Positions 20,503-28,574 of a stretch of DNA of 64,000 bases are shown piece after piece (position 1 is the first letter of the stretch; every line of letters starts with the position of its first letter). The stretch comes from a virus (taxonomy: Duplodnaviria; Caudoviricetes). Both the position numbers and the translations under genes were made by a program. The stretch lies in the IMG/VR virus record IMGVR_UViG_3300009540_000001, positions 96,001-160,000 of that record, one strand, 5' to 3'. The notes beneath the pieces were generated by a model. It made no database searches. It saw only the letters and a list, made by a program, of their open reading frames with translations, and had not been told where the DNA came from.

Positions 20503-20931
20503 TCAGGTGTCGTCGTCGTCCTGCTCGGTCTGCGCGTCGTCGTCCTCGTCGCGCTCCCCAGTCGGAGCCTCGACGAGGATGTTCGTCTGGCCACGCGCCG
20601 CCTGGAGCTCCTTGAGCTGCTCCGACAGGTCGGCGTCGATCGAGGATGGCCACGTGATCGACTTCCACTTGTCGGCGCTCATTGGGAAGCGGAACAGTAT
20701 CTGCTTCTCCTCGAACGCGACGCGCCCGGGGATCAGATCGAGAACGGTGGCCTCGGCAGGCCCTTCCTGGAGCGGACCGATGCCGCGCTCCGTGCCCCAG
20801 CGCTTCGCGACGCAGGGGTTCTCCATCACGCAGACAGTCGGGTCGGGGTCGTGCATCACGGCTCCCATGATGATCCACCCGTGCGTGAGCACGAGCAGGC
20901 GATAGTCGAAGTCCCGTGGGGCCTGGTTCAT
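20503..20931 (-). CDS. Small beta-barrel-like protein, 'GW..KRWGT' family (DUF6948-like?), paralog 2
   Basis: LVLTHGWIIMG..CVAKRWGTERGIG.L..GP...TVLDLIPG...FE; acidic tail. Confidence 0.6.
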   Translation of the reverse strand: MNQAPRDFDYRLLVLTHGWIIMGAVMHDPDPTVCVMENPCVAKRWGTERGIGPLQEGPAEATVLDLIPGRVAFEEKQILFRFPMSADKWKSITWPSSIDADLSEQLKELQAARGQTNILVEAPTGERDEDDDAQTEQDDDDT

Positions 20932-20933
20932 GG

Positions 20934-21236
20934 CTAGCTAGAACCCTTCTCGATCGGGCCGACGAGGGCCTTGTCGAGCATGGGGTTCCAGACAGCGGCG
21001 TCCCCCTCGAAGGTGAAGAGGATCCCCGCGCGCTCGAAGCGCGCCTCGCCGGGGATGGGGTCGAGAATCGTTTCCGGGTTCGGACCCTTCACGATTTCTC
21101 CGATCCCCCTCTTGGTGCCCCAGCGGCGCACGACGCACGCATCCGCAAGGATCACGGCCTCTTCGGTCTCGTCGACCAACCGGCCGACCATCACCCAGCC
21201 GTGTGCGAGAATCGCGAACTTGATCTTCTGCGCCAT
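20934..21236 (-). CDS. Small beta-barrel-like protein, 'GW..RRWGT' family (DUF6948-like?), paralog 1
   Basis: FAILAHGWVMVG..CVVRRWGTKRGIGE..GP..ETILDPIPG...FE. Confidence 0.6.
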   Translation of the reverse strand: MAQKIKFAILAHGWVMVGRLVDETEEAVILADACVVRRWGTKRGIGEIVKGPNPETILDPIPGEARFERAGILFTFEGDAAVWNPMLDKALVGPIEKGSS

Positions 21237-21363
21237 CTGAACTCTCCGTTTTCAAGGCGTGGTGAGAAACCATCAGGTCGCACGCAACATGCGGGCGCCA
21301 GACGTAGGTGCGCCCCGTCCCTGCGTTGCACAGGCTGACGGGGCGCGAGTCGCTGCGAGCGAC

Positions 21364-21693
21364 TGGTGGAGACGTCGGGAGTCGAACCCGAGTCCAACAG
21401 ATGTTTTCGAGAGAGATACTACGGGGCCTAGTCGTCGTACTTGGGGAACTTCCGAAGCGCCCGACGACGGGCTTCTCGGAAGCGGGTGACAGGTTGCCGG
21501 TCGTTGCGGACTCGGTTTACACCCTCAGCGCCAGTGTCCGCTGGCTAGTGCTGAAGATGGTCACGCAGCTGCGAGCAGCGGCGCGGCGAAGGCGTTGTAG
21601 TTCGCGATTCAGTTCGCCTGAGTTGGAAGGTTCAGGCAACCCTTGCCCCGCACTCTTTCGAGCGCGATCCATTGTCGAAACCGTGTCGTCCCC
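21364..21693 (-). ncRNA. ssrA: tmRNA (330 nt); tag (A)ANYNAFAAPLLAAA encoded at 21605-21561
   Basis: 5' GGGGACGACACGGTTTCGAC and 3' GGACTCGGGTTCGACTCCCGACGTCTCCACCA; 7-bp acceptor stem GGGGACG/CGTCTCC with G3.U; encoded CCA; internal tag ORF ending AAA-stop. Confidence 0.95.
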
Positions 21694-21725
21694 ATAAATT
21701 CGGATGCGCAAGCATCCTACATGTC

Positions 21726-21753
21726 CTCATACCCGAAGTCACGTCAGATTTCT
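21726..21753 (-). promoter_or_regulatory. Candidate phage promoter (AGAAA-N17-TATGAG) upstream of tmRNA
   Basis: Matches a motif seen 8 times. Confidence 0.5.
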
Positions 21754-21986
21754 CACGCGCTGTACGGCGTCACTTCCAGCGGCAACGCCTTGATCTTCTC
21801 GAGGTAAGACGTGCGCGCGGCCTCGGGCGTCGCCGACAACAGAGACGCCGCAATGCGGCGAGCGCTCGATGTTGCAGCTTGTCCGAGAACGATCAGAGAC
21901 CCGTCGGCGTAGAGCACGCCGTCGAGCTCAACCACCTCGAGCGCGCCGTTGCGCGTCACGCCATCACAGATGTACCGCTTCGTCAT
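21753..21986 (-). CDS. Hypothetical protein (paralog of 30477-30776)
   Basis: KRYICDGVTRNGALEVVEL; SD AGGAGG. Confidence 0.55.
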   Translation of the reverse strand: MTKRYICDGVTRNGALEVVELDGVLYADGSLIVLGQAATSSARRIAASLLSATPEAARTSYLEKIKALPLEVTPYSA

Positions 21987-22058
21987 CGCCGCCTCCTGGA
22001 ACACACACGGCCTCTGACATCGCACCGTGCGAGGTTAGAGGCCGTGTGCTCTCGGAAC

Positions 22059-22086
22059 CTTGTACCGCGTAAAGGCGGCGGTTTCG
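22059..22086 (-). promoter_or_regulatory. Candidate phage promoter (CGAAA-N17-TACAAG) followed by a long 5'-UTR hairpin
   Basis: Motif match; hairpin acacggcctct..agaggccgtgt at about 22004-22047. Confidence 0.55.
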
Positions 22087-22091
22087 CGAAG

Positions 22092-22292
22092 TCAGCTCGC
22101 GACGGCGGCGGTCATCTTCGCGTAGACCTTCTCGAGCTTCTTCAGCGTCGGGGCGTCTTGCACCTTCGACGCGATGAAGCGGCCGAGCTTCTTGCTCGGG
22201 GTGAGCGCCCAGTAGGTGGGCGTGCCGTTGACGAGAGAGATGGAGAAGTTGGACTTCTCCACCTTGAACTGGACCTTGAGGGAGGTGATCAT
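22092..22292 (-). CDS. Small basic hypothetical protein
   Basis: Start abuts the HNH stop (TAG-ATG); codon bias. Confidence 0.55.
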   Translation of the reverse strand: MITSLKVQFKVEKSNFSISLVNGTPTYWALTPSKKLGRFIASKVQDAPTLKKLEKVYAKMTAAVAS

Positions 22293-22604
22293 CTAGCAAG
22301 ACTCCCCCTCGACACAGGGGATGTCAAGCAGGACATCCTCAAGGAGGGCGGCATCTACGTGATGATCGAGGAGCCTGGCTTGCGTGCGTAGCCTATGGCA
22401 GTTCGCACACACGAGCTCGGTCAGCTCGAGCTCGGCCTCAACCGTCTCCCACGCCTCCCCCACGAGGTCAGAGATGTTCGCGGTCTTTACGCCGCGAACG
22501 TGGTCAAAGTCCATGGCGGCGGGAGGGAAGCACAGGCCGCAGTCCATACAGGGCGCGGACTTCAGCTGCGCGAGGCGCAGACGATGTCGCTCGCGGCGCG
22601 TCAC
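22293..22604 (-). CDS. HNH endonuclease-like protein
   Basis: PCMDC..MDFDHVRG.K..LVCANCHRLRT; GTGA overlap. Confidence 0.75.
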   Translation of the reverse strand: MTRRERHRLRLAQLKSAPCMDCGLCFPPAAMDFDHVRGVKTANISDLVGEAWETVEAELELTELVCANCHRLRTQARLLDHHVDAALLEDVLLDIPCVEGESC

Positions 22605-22903
22605 TTGACCCTTTCGAATCCTACTCCCGCGAGCGCGTCGGGGCCCTTCGCAGGGTGCGCCTGGAACACGACGACGTCGCACACGCCGAACGTCTCGGTG
22701 AACCACTCAGAGGTGGGGGATTCGCTCACGTAGAGCACATGCCATCTACCATGCTCGTAGAACGAACGCGTCGGGCTCGCGCCGTACAGCTCGAAGGCGA
22801 GCTCCTCGATCAGCTCTCGGCGCTCTTCGCTCTCAACGTCCGGTGTGAAGGGGAGAGGTGTGAAGTGCGCAGCGCCGTGGTGCCCGGGGCGGGAAGCAGA
22901 CAT
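22601..22903 (-). CDS. Hypothetical protein
   Basis: Coupled to the HNH gene. Confidence 0.45.
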   Translation of the reverse strand: MSASRPGHHGAAHFTPLPFTPDVESEERRELIEELAFELYGASPTRSFYEHGRWHVLYVSESPTSEWFTETFGVCDVVVFQAHPAKGPDALAGVGFERVK

Positions 22904-23103
22904 GCACCAAGGTTAGCGGTGACCTCAGCGTGAACACGCAGAGAGGAGCGCATGCCCCAGCAGGAACGAGAAATACAGCAAGGCCATGGGCGCTGTCACT
23001 TGCAGCGTGGCGCGTGTGGTGAACGACATACTTCGTTATCGCACAAAGAGCCTCGGCGAGATACGAGCGGTGCGCGCAAGCCAGAGGTGTCCGGATTCTT
23101 CCG

Positions 23104-23661
23104 TTACACCGTGACAGTGATGGGATCGCTCGAATACGTGCTCGGCTTCACGAAGAGCATCACGTACACAAGGCCGGGCTCGAGAAGTAGGGGGCGATCC
23201 CACCTCCCGTCCGCTCTCGTCTTTACGACGTACAGAGGCGTCTCGCGCGCGCCCTTCTCGTACTCCGACTGGAAGTACACGCGGATCTCAGCGTCCGGGA
23301 TGCCGATGCCCGCCTGGGTCACGAAGCGCAGCGCGTCGGGCTCCCCGAAGTCGTGGTCGACCTTCACGCGCGCGGCAGTGCCCGAGCCGAGGGGGCCGTC
23401 GGGTTTGAAGACGCCGGAGTCAGACAAGCAGACGCCGGAGGCGGCCACCGAGAGCACCTGGTACCAGGTGTCGGAGGTGCCGGTGACGTCGTCGAAGAAG
23501 AACCGCAGCGCCTTGGGCTGGTAGTTCGGCCCCGGGATCGCGTGCGGCACGGTCGCGAGCAGGAGCGGCGGGCCGTCCTTGTTCGTCGCCACGTAGATCT
23601 CGTAGTAGGCGACGTCGTCATCGACGGGGGCTTGCCAGTACAGACGGATGCCGACGCTCAT
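23104..23661 (-). CDS. FN3/Ig-like virion protein
   Basis: IRLYWQAP..DVAYYEIY..WYQVLSV FN3-like pattern. Confidence 0.55.
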   Translation of the reverse strand: MSVGIRLYWQAPVDDDVAYYEIYVATNKDGPPLLLATVPHAIPGPNYQPKALRFFFDDVTGTSDTWYQVLSVAASGVCLSDSGVFKPDGPLGSGTAARVKVDHDFGEPDALRFVTQAGIGIPDAEIRVYFQSEYEKGARETPLYVVKTRADGRWDRPLLLEPGLVYVMLFVKPSTYSSDPITVTV

Positions 23662-24482
23662 AGCTTTTCTTTCCGTCCTACGGCGTTCAAGCGCCCGCCT
23701 GCGCCCGTGGCGAGTGGGCCCTTCGTGACCGCGCGCAGCGCTTCACGAAGCTGAATGAGGTCCTCCTCGAGGAAGACGTCCATGGACTGAAGCGCGGCGA
23801 GGAGTTCCTCGAGGTCCACGGTCTCGTTGAGATTTACCCCAAAGAAGAGATCGCTGTCCAAGCTCTCGACGAGGCTTTGACCCTCGGAGAGCGCGACGAT
23901 GACGCGGCGAATCCCGGTGACGCTCTCGGCGAGGGAGACCGTCTCGTCGTTCGCGACGGTGGTCTCTGCGTAGCTCGCGAGCGCCTCGAGCAGCGGCAAC
24001 AAGACCGAGAGGCCGACGATCGAGACCCGCGCGGAGTCCAAGGACTCCGAGAGCGCGGACGACTCGGAGAGGAACACGCTCGGGGCCCGGCGATACGCCT
24101 CCACGGCCTCGAGCAGCGGCAGCAGCTCGTTCAGCGCCGCCGCCATCTCGGCGTACGTGCCGAGGCTGTCGAAGACCAGGATGAGGCCCTCTGCGACGGC
24201 GGCGAAGGCGCGCGCCTGGGCGCTCAAGCTCTCCGCGTACCCCACGCTCTCGTTGAGCGCGGAGGTGAAGCGCAGGAAGCGCGCGACGCTCTCGGTGATC
24301 GAGAGCGACTCCGCGACGAAGGGGCGCGCGCGGTACAACGACACCAAGACGGCGGCCAGCGCCACCGTCTCGGATACGTTCGGTCTCGCATGGTACTGCG
24401 CTGCCGACGCTTCAGAGAGCGCGGTACCGTCCATCACCGCGACGTTGAATCGTCGCGGCTGTACCGCGAGCAGGAGGCTCAC
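23658..24482 (-). CDS. Repeat protein (ExxxLxExL repeats), likely structural
   Basis: Periodic AESLSITESV / NESVGYAESL / SESSALSESL repeats. Confidence 0.55.
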   Translation of the reverse strand: MSLLLAVQPRRFNVAVMDGTALSEASAAQYHARPNVSETVALAAVLVSLYRARPFVAESLSITESVARFLRFTSALNESVGYAESLSAQARAFAAVAEGLILVFDSLGTYAEMAAALNELLPLLEAVEAYRRAPSVFLSESSALSESLDSARVSIVGLSVLLPLLEALASYAETTVANDETVSLAESVTGIRRVIVALSEGQSLVESLDSDLFFGVNLNETVDLEELLAALQSMDVFLEEDLIQLREALRAVTKGPLATGAGGRLNAVGRKEKL

Positions 24483-25915
24483 TCGTAGATGCCCTCGATC
24501 GTGATCAGGTGGCGCACGACGCCCGCGCTCGGGGCCGTTCCGACCTTGCGCTTCACCACCTGAATGAACTCACCCGGGCACACGGCGATGGGGACGTCGA
24601 AGCGCTCGATGATGTCCGACAACACCGTGCCGGCCGCCGCGTTCGCGGCCACCGCCTGGAAGCCCAGGGGCACACGGCGCGACGCCTTCGTCGTGGCGGA
24701 CTCCGCCGTCAAGAGGCTGACCGCCGTGTGGCCGAACGCGCAGCAGAGCTGCGCGACGTAGCCGCCGCCCGTGAGCGTCGTGCTGATCATCGACTTGACG
24801 CGGATCGACCGGACGAGGAGCGTACGCCCTGCGGCAGTACCGCTCCCGGCCGGTACCTGGAAGCTCATCAAGATGCCGTCGGTCTCGGCGACCAGCGTGT
24901 CCGTCTCCGCGAACTGTCCGCCCAGGGAGCTCGCGATGAGCGCGCTGGTCGTGTTCGTCGGGACCGCCGCGACCGGGGCCGTGTTGTTCACGTAGGAGAG
25001 CGCGGTGCCGACCGTCGCCGAGCCGGACTGGAGCAAGAGCGCCGTCCGGCCCATGGCCGCCATCGCGTTTTCGTGCGAGCGCGCGGTCGCGTACTCGCCG
25101 AGGTCGATGCTGGCGCGGGAGATCACGAGCTGCTGCGCCTGCGGCATGTTCGAGCCCGTGACGTACTGGCGGAACGTGATCGGAAGAGCGCCAGACGGGA
25201 CCAGCGTCGGAATCGACACGGGGCAGTCGAAGGCCGCCACCAGGATGTTGTTGATCCAGAACGTGACGCGGTCCTGGTGGATCCCTACGAGAAAGTCGCG
25301 CGCTTCGTTCGTCGGCCAGAGCCCCGGGTCGATGACCGCCGAGCACACGTCGTTGCTGCCGATCGCGACGATGGCCTGGAACGTGCCCGAGGAGGTCACG
25401 CGGAAGAACGCGCCGTCCGTGACGTCCGCCGTCCCAGTCGCGTACATCAACCCGAAGTCCATCACGCAGTTGGACACGAAGTCGGTGCGATGGATCGCCG
25501 CGAAAGAAAACCAGGTCGTGTACGAGCCCCAGATCGGAAAGGCGCGTTGGGACGTGACGCGCGACACACCTGCGGCGGCGACCGAGCCCGCGCTGTTGAG
25601 CGTGAGGAGGTTACCCGCGACGGCCACGGCCTGCGTCGTCACAGGCGCCGTCCACACGGATGAGTTCAACACCGTGCCGAGGAAGGGCTCCTCAAACATG
25701 ATGCTGTCCGTACCCACGCGCGAGCGGTAGTCGTTCGAAACTTCGGGCGACAGGAGGAGGGGCGCCCCCGTCACCTCGCCTGCGTCGAGCTCCGAGAGCG
25801 CGCGAACGTACCCCGACTGGTCCTCGACCTTCGGCAGGTTGACCTTGAGGTTCTTGTCGCTATCGACCTCGGCGACGTTGGCGCTGAGTTCCCCTTGGAT
25901 ACGAATGCCGCTCAT
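24479..25915 (-). CDS. Virion structural / lectin-like protein
   Basis: 478 aa, beta-rich; GAFFR..VTFWINN LamG-like strands. Confidence 0.5.
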   Translation of the reverse strand: MSGIRIQGELSANVAEVDSDKNLKVNLPKVEDQSGYVRALSELDAGEVTGAPLLLSPEVSNDYRSRVGTDSIMFEEPFLGTVLNSSVWTAPVTTQAVAVAGNLLTLNSAGSVAAAGVSRVTSQRAFPIWGSYTTWFSFAAIHRTDFVSNCVMDFGLMYATGTADVTDGAFFRVTSSGTFQAIVAIGSNDVCSAVIDPGLWPTNEARDFLVGIHQDRVTFWINNILVAAFDCPVSIPTLVPSGALPITFRQYVTGSNMPQAQQLVISRASIDLGEYATARSHENAMAAMGRTALLLQSGSATVGTALSYVNNTAPVAAVPTNTTSALIASSLGGQFAETDTLVAETDGILMSFQVPAGSGTAAGRTLLVRSIRVKSMISTTLTGGGYVAQLCCAFGHTAVSLLTAESATTKASRRVPLGFQAVAANAAAGTVLSDIIERFDVPIAVCPGEFIQVVKRKVGTAPSAGVVRHLITIEGIYE

Positions 25916-25927
25916 GGTTGCTCCCTA

Positions 25928-26206
25928 TCAGGCCCAGACCCAACGCACTTTGAAGGTGCCGTTGAGGCTCAATTCACTAAGCGCGTGGATCGTGAAGCCG
26001 ACGCCGGGGACGATGTCGCCGCAGGCGAGGCGGATCAAGGACACGAGATGCTCCGCAGCCGTGTGATCCGCCGAGTCTTCGTACATCAGGAACGCTTCGG
26101 CGTTAGACCCCGCGACGATGTCGATCTGGCCCGTGATGACCGTCTCGGTCATCATCGAGCCCGTCGAAGAGGCCCCGAAGTCGAGTGTGTCGAACCCGAC
26201 AGGCAT
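25928..26206 (-). CDS. Small structural protein
   Basis: In operon; ends GTFKVRWVWA. Confidence 0.5.
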   Translation of the reverse strand: MPVGFDTLDFGASSTGSMMTETVITGQIDIVAGSNAEAFLMYEDSADHTAAEHLVSLIRLACGDIVPGVGFTIHALSELSLNGTFKVRWVWA

Positions 26207-26209
26207 CGC

Positions 26210-26746
26210 TCAGCCCAGCGTGATCGTGTACGTGAGCGTCAGCTTGTCGCCGTTGGCCAACGTGCGCTGCGTGAAGCCCAGCACGTGGTTCATGGTGCCG
26301 CTCGAGATGGCGGTGAAGAGCGCCGCCTTCTGCGCGGACTGCCCGCCGGTCGCGGTGAACTCGTTCAGCACCGTGGTGGTGTTCGTGCCGATGGTGTGTG
26401 CCACCGCGCCCTGAACGCGCCCGAGGCCGTTCGTCGTGATCTCGTTCGAGAGCACGGTCGACGCGCTGGTCTCCGTCACCGTGTCGTTCGACAGGGCGAT
26501 GAAGTTCAGGCCGCAAGCCGACGGTACGCTCGTCCCGTATCCCTGGTAGTGCAGGAAGTCCCGCCCGGCCAGGGTGATCAGGTTCCACACGCGCTCGACG
26601 GGCGCCACGTCTTCGTAGACGTAGAGCTCGCCTTTACGGCGTAGACGACGGTGGACGACGTCCAAAGAGGCCCGCCCGATCGGCACGTGGACCGCCAGGG
26701 CCTTGGACTTCAGGAGTAGGTTGACGAGGGACGCCGCGACGCTCAT
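26210..26746 (-). CDS. Phage tail/structural protein
   Basis: NLITLAGRD..IALSND..E..GLGR..KAALF..SSGTM..GDKLTLTYTITLG, a common phage structural pattern. Confidence 0.6.
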   Translation of the reverse strand: MSVAASLVNLLLKSKALAVHVPIGRASLDVVHRRLRRKGELYVYEDVAPVERVWNLITLAGRDFLHYQGYGTSVPSACGLNFIALSNDTVTETSASTVLSNEITTNGLGRVQGAVAHTIGTNTTTVLNEFTATGGQSAQKAALFTAISSGTMNHVLGFTQRTLANGDKLTLTYTITLG

Positions 26747-26796
26747 GGCCACAAGCATAAGCGAGGGCCAAAAGAAAAGAGCGTATCGTTGGAGGG

Positions 26797-26991
26797 GTGA
26801 GCGCCTCGCAACAACTGCGCGCGAAGGGAGGCCCAATCGGCGTCCTGAACGACGCGATGCAGGGCGTGGAGAAGGTTCTTGCGGAGCACGTCGCGGCCGA
26901 CGGGCAACACGAGGCGCGCGTCGCGCTCCGCAAGATCCTGGTGGACGCCGTGATCGCCGCGTACACCCATGGGCAGGCGAAGGGGGCGTAG
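26797..26991 (+). CDS. Small hypothetical protein
   Basis: SD GGAGG before GTG. Confidence 0.4.
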   Translation: MSASQQLRAKGGPIGVLNDAMQGVEKVLAEHVAADGQHEARVALRKILVDAVIAAYTHGQAKGA

Positions 26992-27246
26992 TCAGTCGAA
27001 GACGTCGCGGGCGTAGTTGTACCCGTCGATGAAAGCCTCGTTCTCCTCCTCGTAAATCTCCGCGTCGAGATCCCAAGGAACGCCCGGGCCGTCGCCCTTC
27101 CAGTGGCCGTAGCCCCAGCCGTCGGTCAGCAGCTGTGTTCCTCCGCCCCCGCTCGGGCCCTGGCCCTCGTACACGGTCTTCGGGTCGGTGGCATACCCCC
27201 AGGCCCCGGCCCCCGTTCCCCCGCCGCGCTCATCCCACGCGGGCAT
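26992..27246 (-). CDS. GDG-YEE family microprotein
   Basis: DGWGYG..GDGPG..IYEEE. Confidence 0.6.
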   Translation of the reverse strand: MPAWDERGGGTGAGAWGYATDPKTVYEGQGPSGGGGTQLLTDGWGYGHWKGDGPGVPWDLDAEIYEEENEAFIDGYNYARDVFD

Positions 27247-28027
27247 ACTTCTCGCGCAACTTCTTTTCCACAGCCTCCTTCTGTACCATCAGCTCGCTCT
27301 TCGCCTCCTCTGCCTGCTCCTTCATCGTCTCGTAGAAGTACGTGTCGTCCCCGTCCGAGTCGATGCCCCAGACGCTCGACTCCCCGCGCACCGTCACGCC
27401 CTCGACGAGCTCGAGCGTCGCGACGACCTCAACCCCGTAGTACCACCAGGACTCCCCGTAGCTCTCGATGCGCGCGACGTCGCGGGCGATGTACTCCCGG
27501 GCCTTCAGGTCAGCGGCGGACTTCGAGTAGCCGCGCTCCCAGAGGCCTCCGAAGTAGTCGGAGAAGTTCTGCTGAAGCTTGACGTACTTGTACTCGTTCC
27601 TCCCAGGGTTGACCCGCTTGATGCACGTGTCCTCTCGGTTCCTCTCGCCCTCCCTACGCTCACGCTCTTGCGTCGCCTTGTCCGCCCAAGGCCGTACCCG
27701 GTACTTCCCGACGTGCATGACGTCCGAGTCGTCGGTCATCACGCCCGGGTAATCCCGGTCCGTGTCGTTGTCGGGCGTCACCCGGATGATGTACTGGATC
27801 TTCGGCTGCTCCCCCGTGTCTCCGAGGTCGGGGGCATCGCCGAGCGGCTCCTCCCACGTCTGGCGCTCATTCTTTGGCTCGAGCCTCCGCGCCTCCGCCC
27901 ACTCCACGGCGGGGCTCTTCTTCAGGACGCTGAAAGCGGCGCGCGCGCCGTACGTCTCGCGCGCGGCCTGGACCTTGCGCAGTCGGCGAATGTCGATCGT
28001 CGGCGCCTTGTAGATGTTTCCTTGCAT
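27230..28027 (-). CDS. Hypothetical protein
   Basis: SD AAGGAG; MQGNIYKAP start; W.YYGVEV..SVWGIDSD motif. Confidence 0.65.
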   Translation of the reverse strand: MQGNIYKAPTIDIRRLRKVQAARETYGARAAFSVLKKSPAVEWAEARRLEPKNERQTWEEPLGDAPDLGDTGEQPKIQYIIRVTPDNDTDRDYPGVMTDDSDVMHVGKYRVRPWADKATQERERREGERNREDTCIKRVNPGRNEYKYVKLQQNFSDYFGGLWERGYSKSAADLKAREYIARDVARIESYGESWWYYGVEVVATLELVEGVTVRGESSVWGIDSDGDDTYFYETMKEQAEEAKSELMVQKEAVEKKLREKYARVG

Positions 28028-28037
28028 TGCGGTCTCC

Positions 28038-28250
28038 TTAGTACATGTCGTTTCGTAGCCACTTCTCTTCGTACGCGTGGCGCACGGGCGTCCAGCGGTC
28101 GTTGGGACTTCCGCCCCACGCCTCGCCGTACCCTCGGCCATTGCCGTTGCCGTCCCACCCCCGGACGAGAGGCGGCACACCGTCGCCCGAGCCGTTGGGA
28201 AATACGGGGCTTTGCCCAAGGAGGTAGGAGCCTTGGTCGTACTCCGGCAT
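28038..28250 (-). CDS. GDG-YEE family microprotein
   Basis: GSGDG..DGNGNGRGYG..AYEEK; TGATG coupling. Confidence 0.65.
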   Translation of the reverse strand: MPEYDQGSYLLGQSPVFPNGSGDGVPPLVRGWDGNGNGRGYGEAWGGSPNDRWTPVRHAYEEKWLRNDMY

Positions 28251-28498
28251 CAGTACCTCTCCCAGTCGTACCCCGCCCGATACGCGTACGGCGGCGCCGG
28301 CAGCACGCGCGAACGATCCCAGCCTGCGGAGAAGTCCACGACGCACGCGCCGCCGTCGCCGCGACGGAGCTCGTTGTCGTATGCGAATGGGAGGCCAAGG
28401 CCGTCCCCATCCCCTTTCAAATACCACCCTAGCTGTACATCCCCGTTGCCGTCGGAGTCGTACCCCGGCGGCAACTGGGGTTTATTCTCTCGAGACAT
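28250..28498 (-). CDS. GDG-YEE family microprotein
   Basis: DGNGD..GDGDG..GDGG..YDWERY; SD GGAGG. Confidence 0.65.
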   Translation of the reverse strand: MSRENKPQLPPGYDSDGNGDVQLGWYLKGDGDGLGLPFAYDNELRRGDGGACVVDFSAGWDRSRVLPAPPYAYRAGYDWERY

Positions 28499-28513
28499 GT
28501 GCACCTCCGAGGG

Positions 28514-28541
28514 CTTGTACCCGGAAGTGCGCGGCGTTTAC
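28514..28541 (-). promoter_or_regulatory. Candidate phage promoter (GTAAA-N17-TACAAG)
   Basis: Motif match directly upstream of the SD and ATG at 28498. Confidence 0.6.
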
Positions 28542-28574
28542 GGAGTAAAGAGAGCCCCCCGGCTCTCTCGTCTC

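Noticed and set aside
21364-21395. Stand-alone tRNA or attachment-site fragment
   Set aside because: It pairs with a 5' end 330 nt away and encloses a tag ORF, so it is the tmRNA 3' end.
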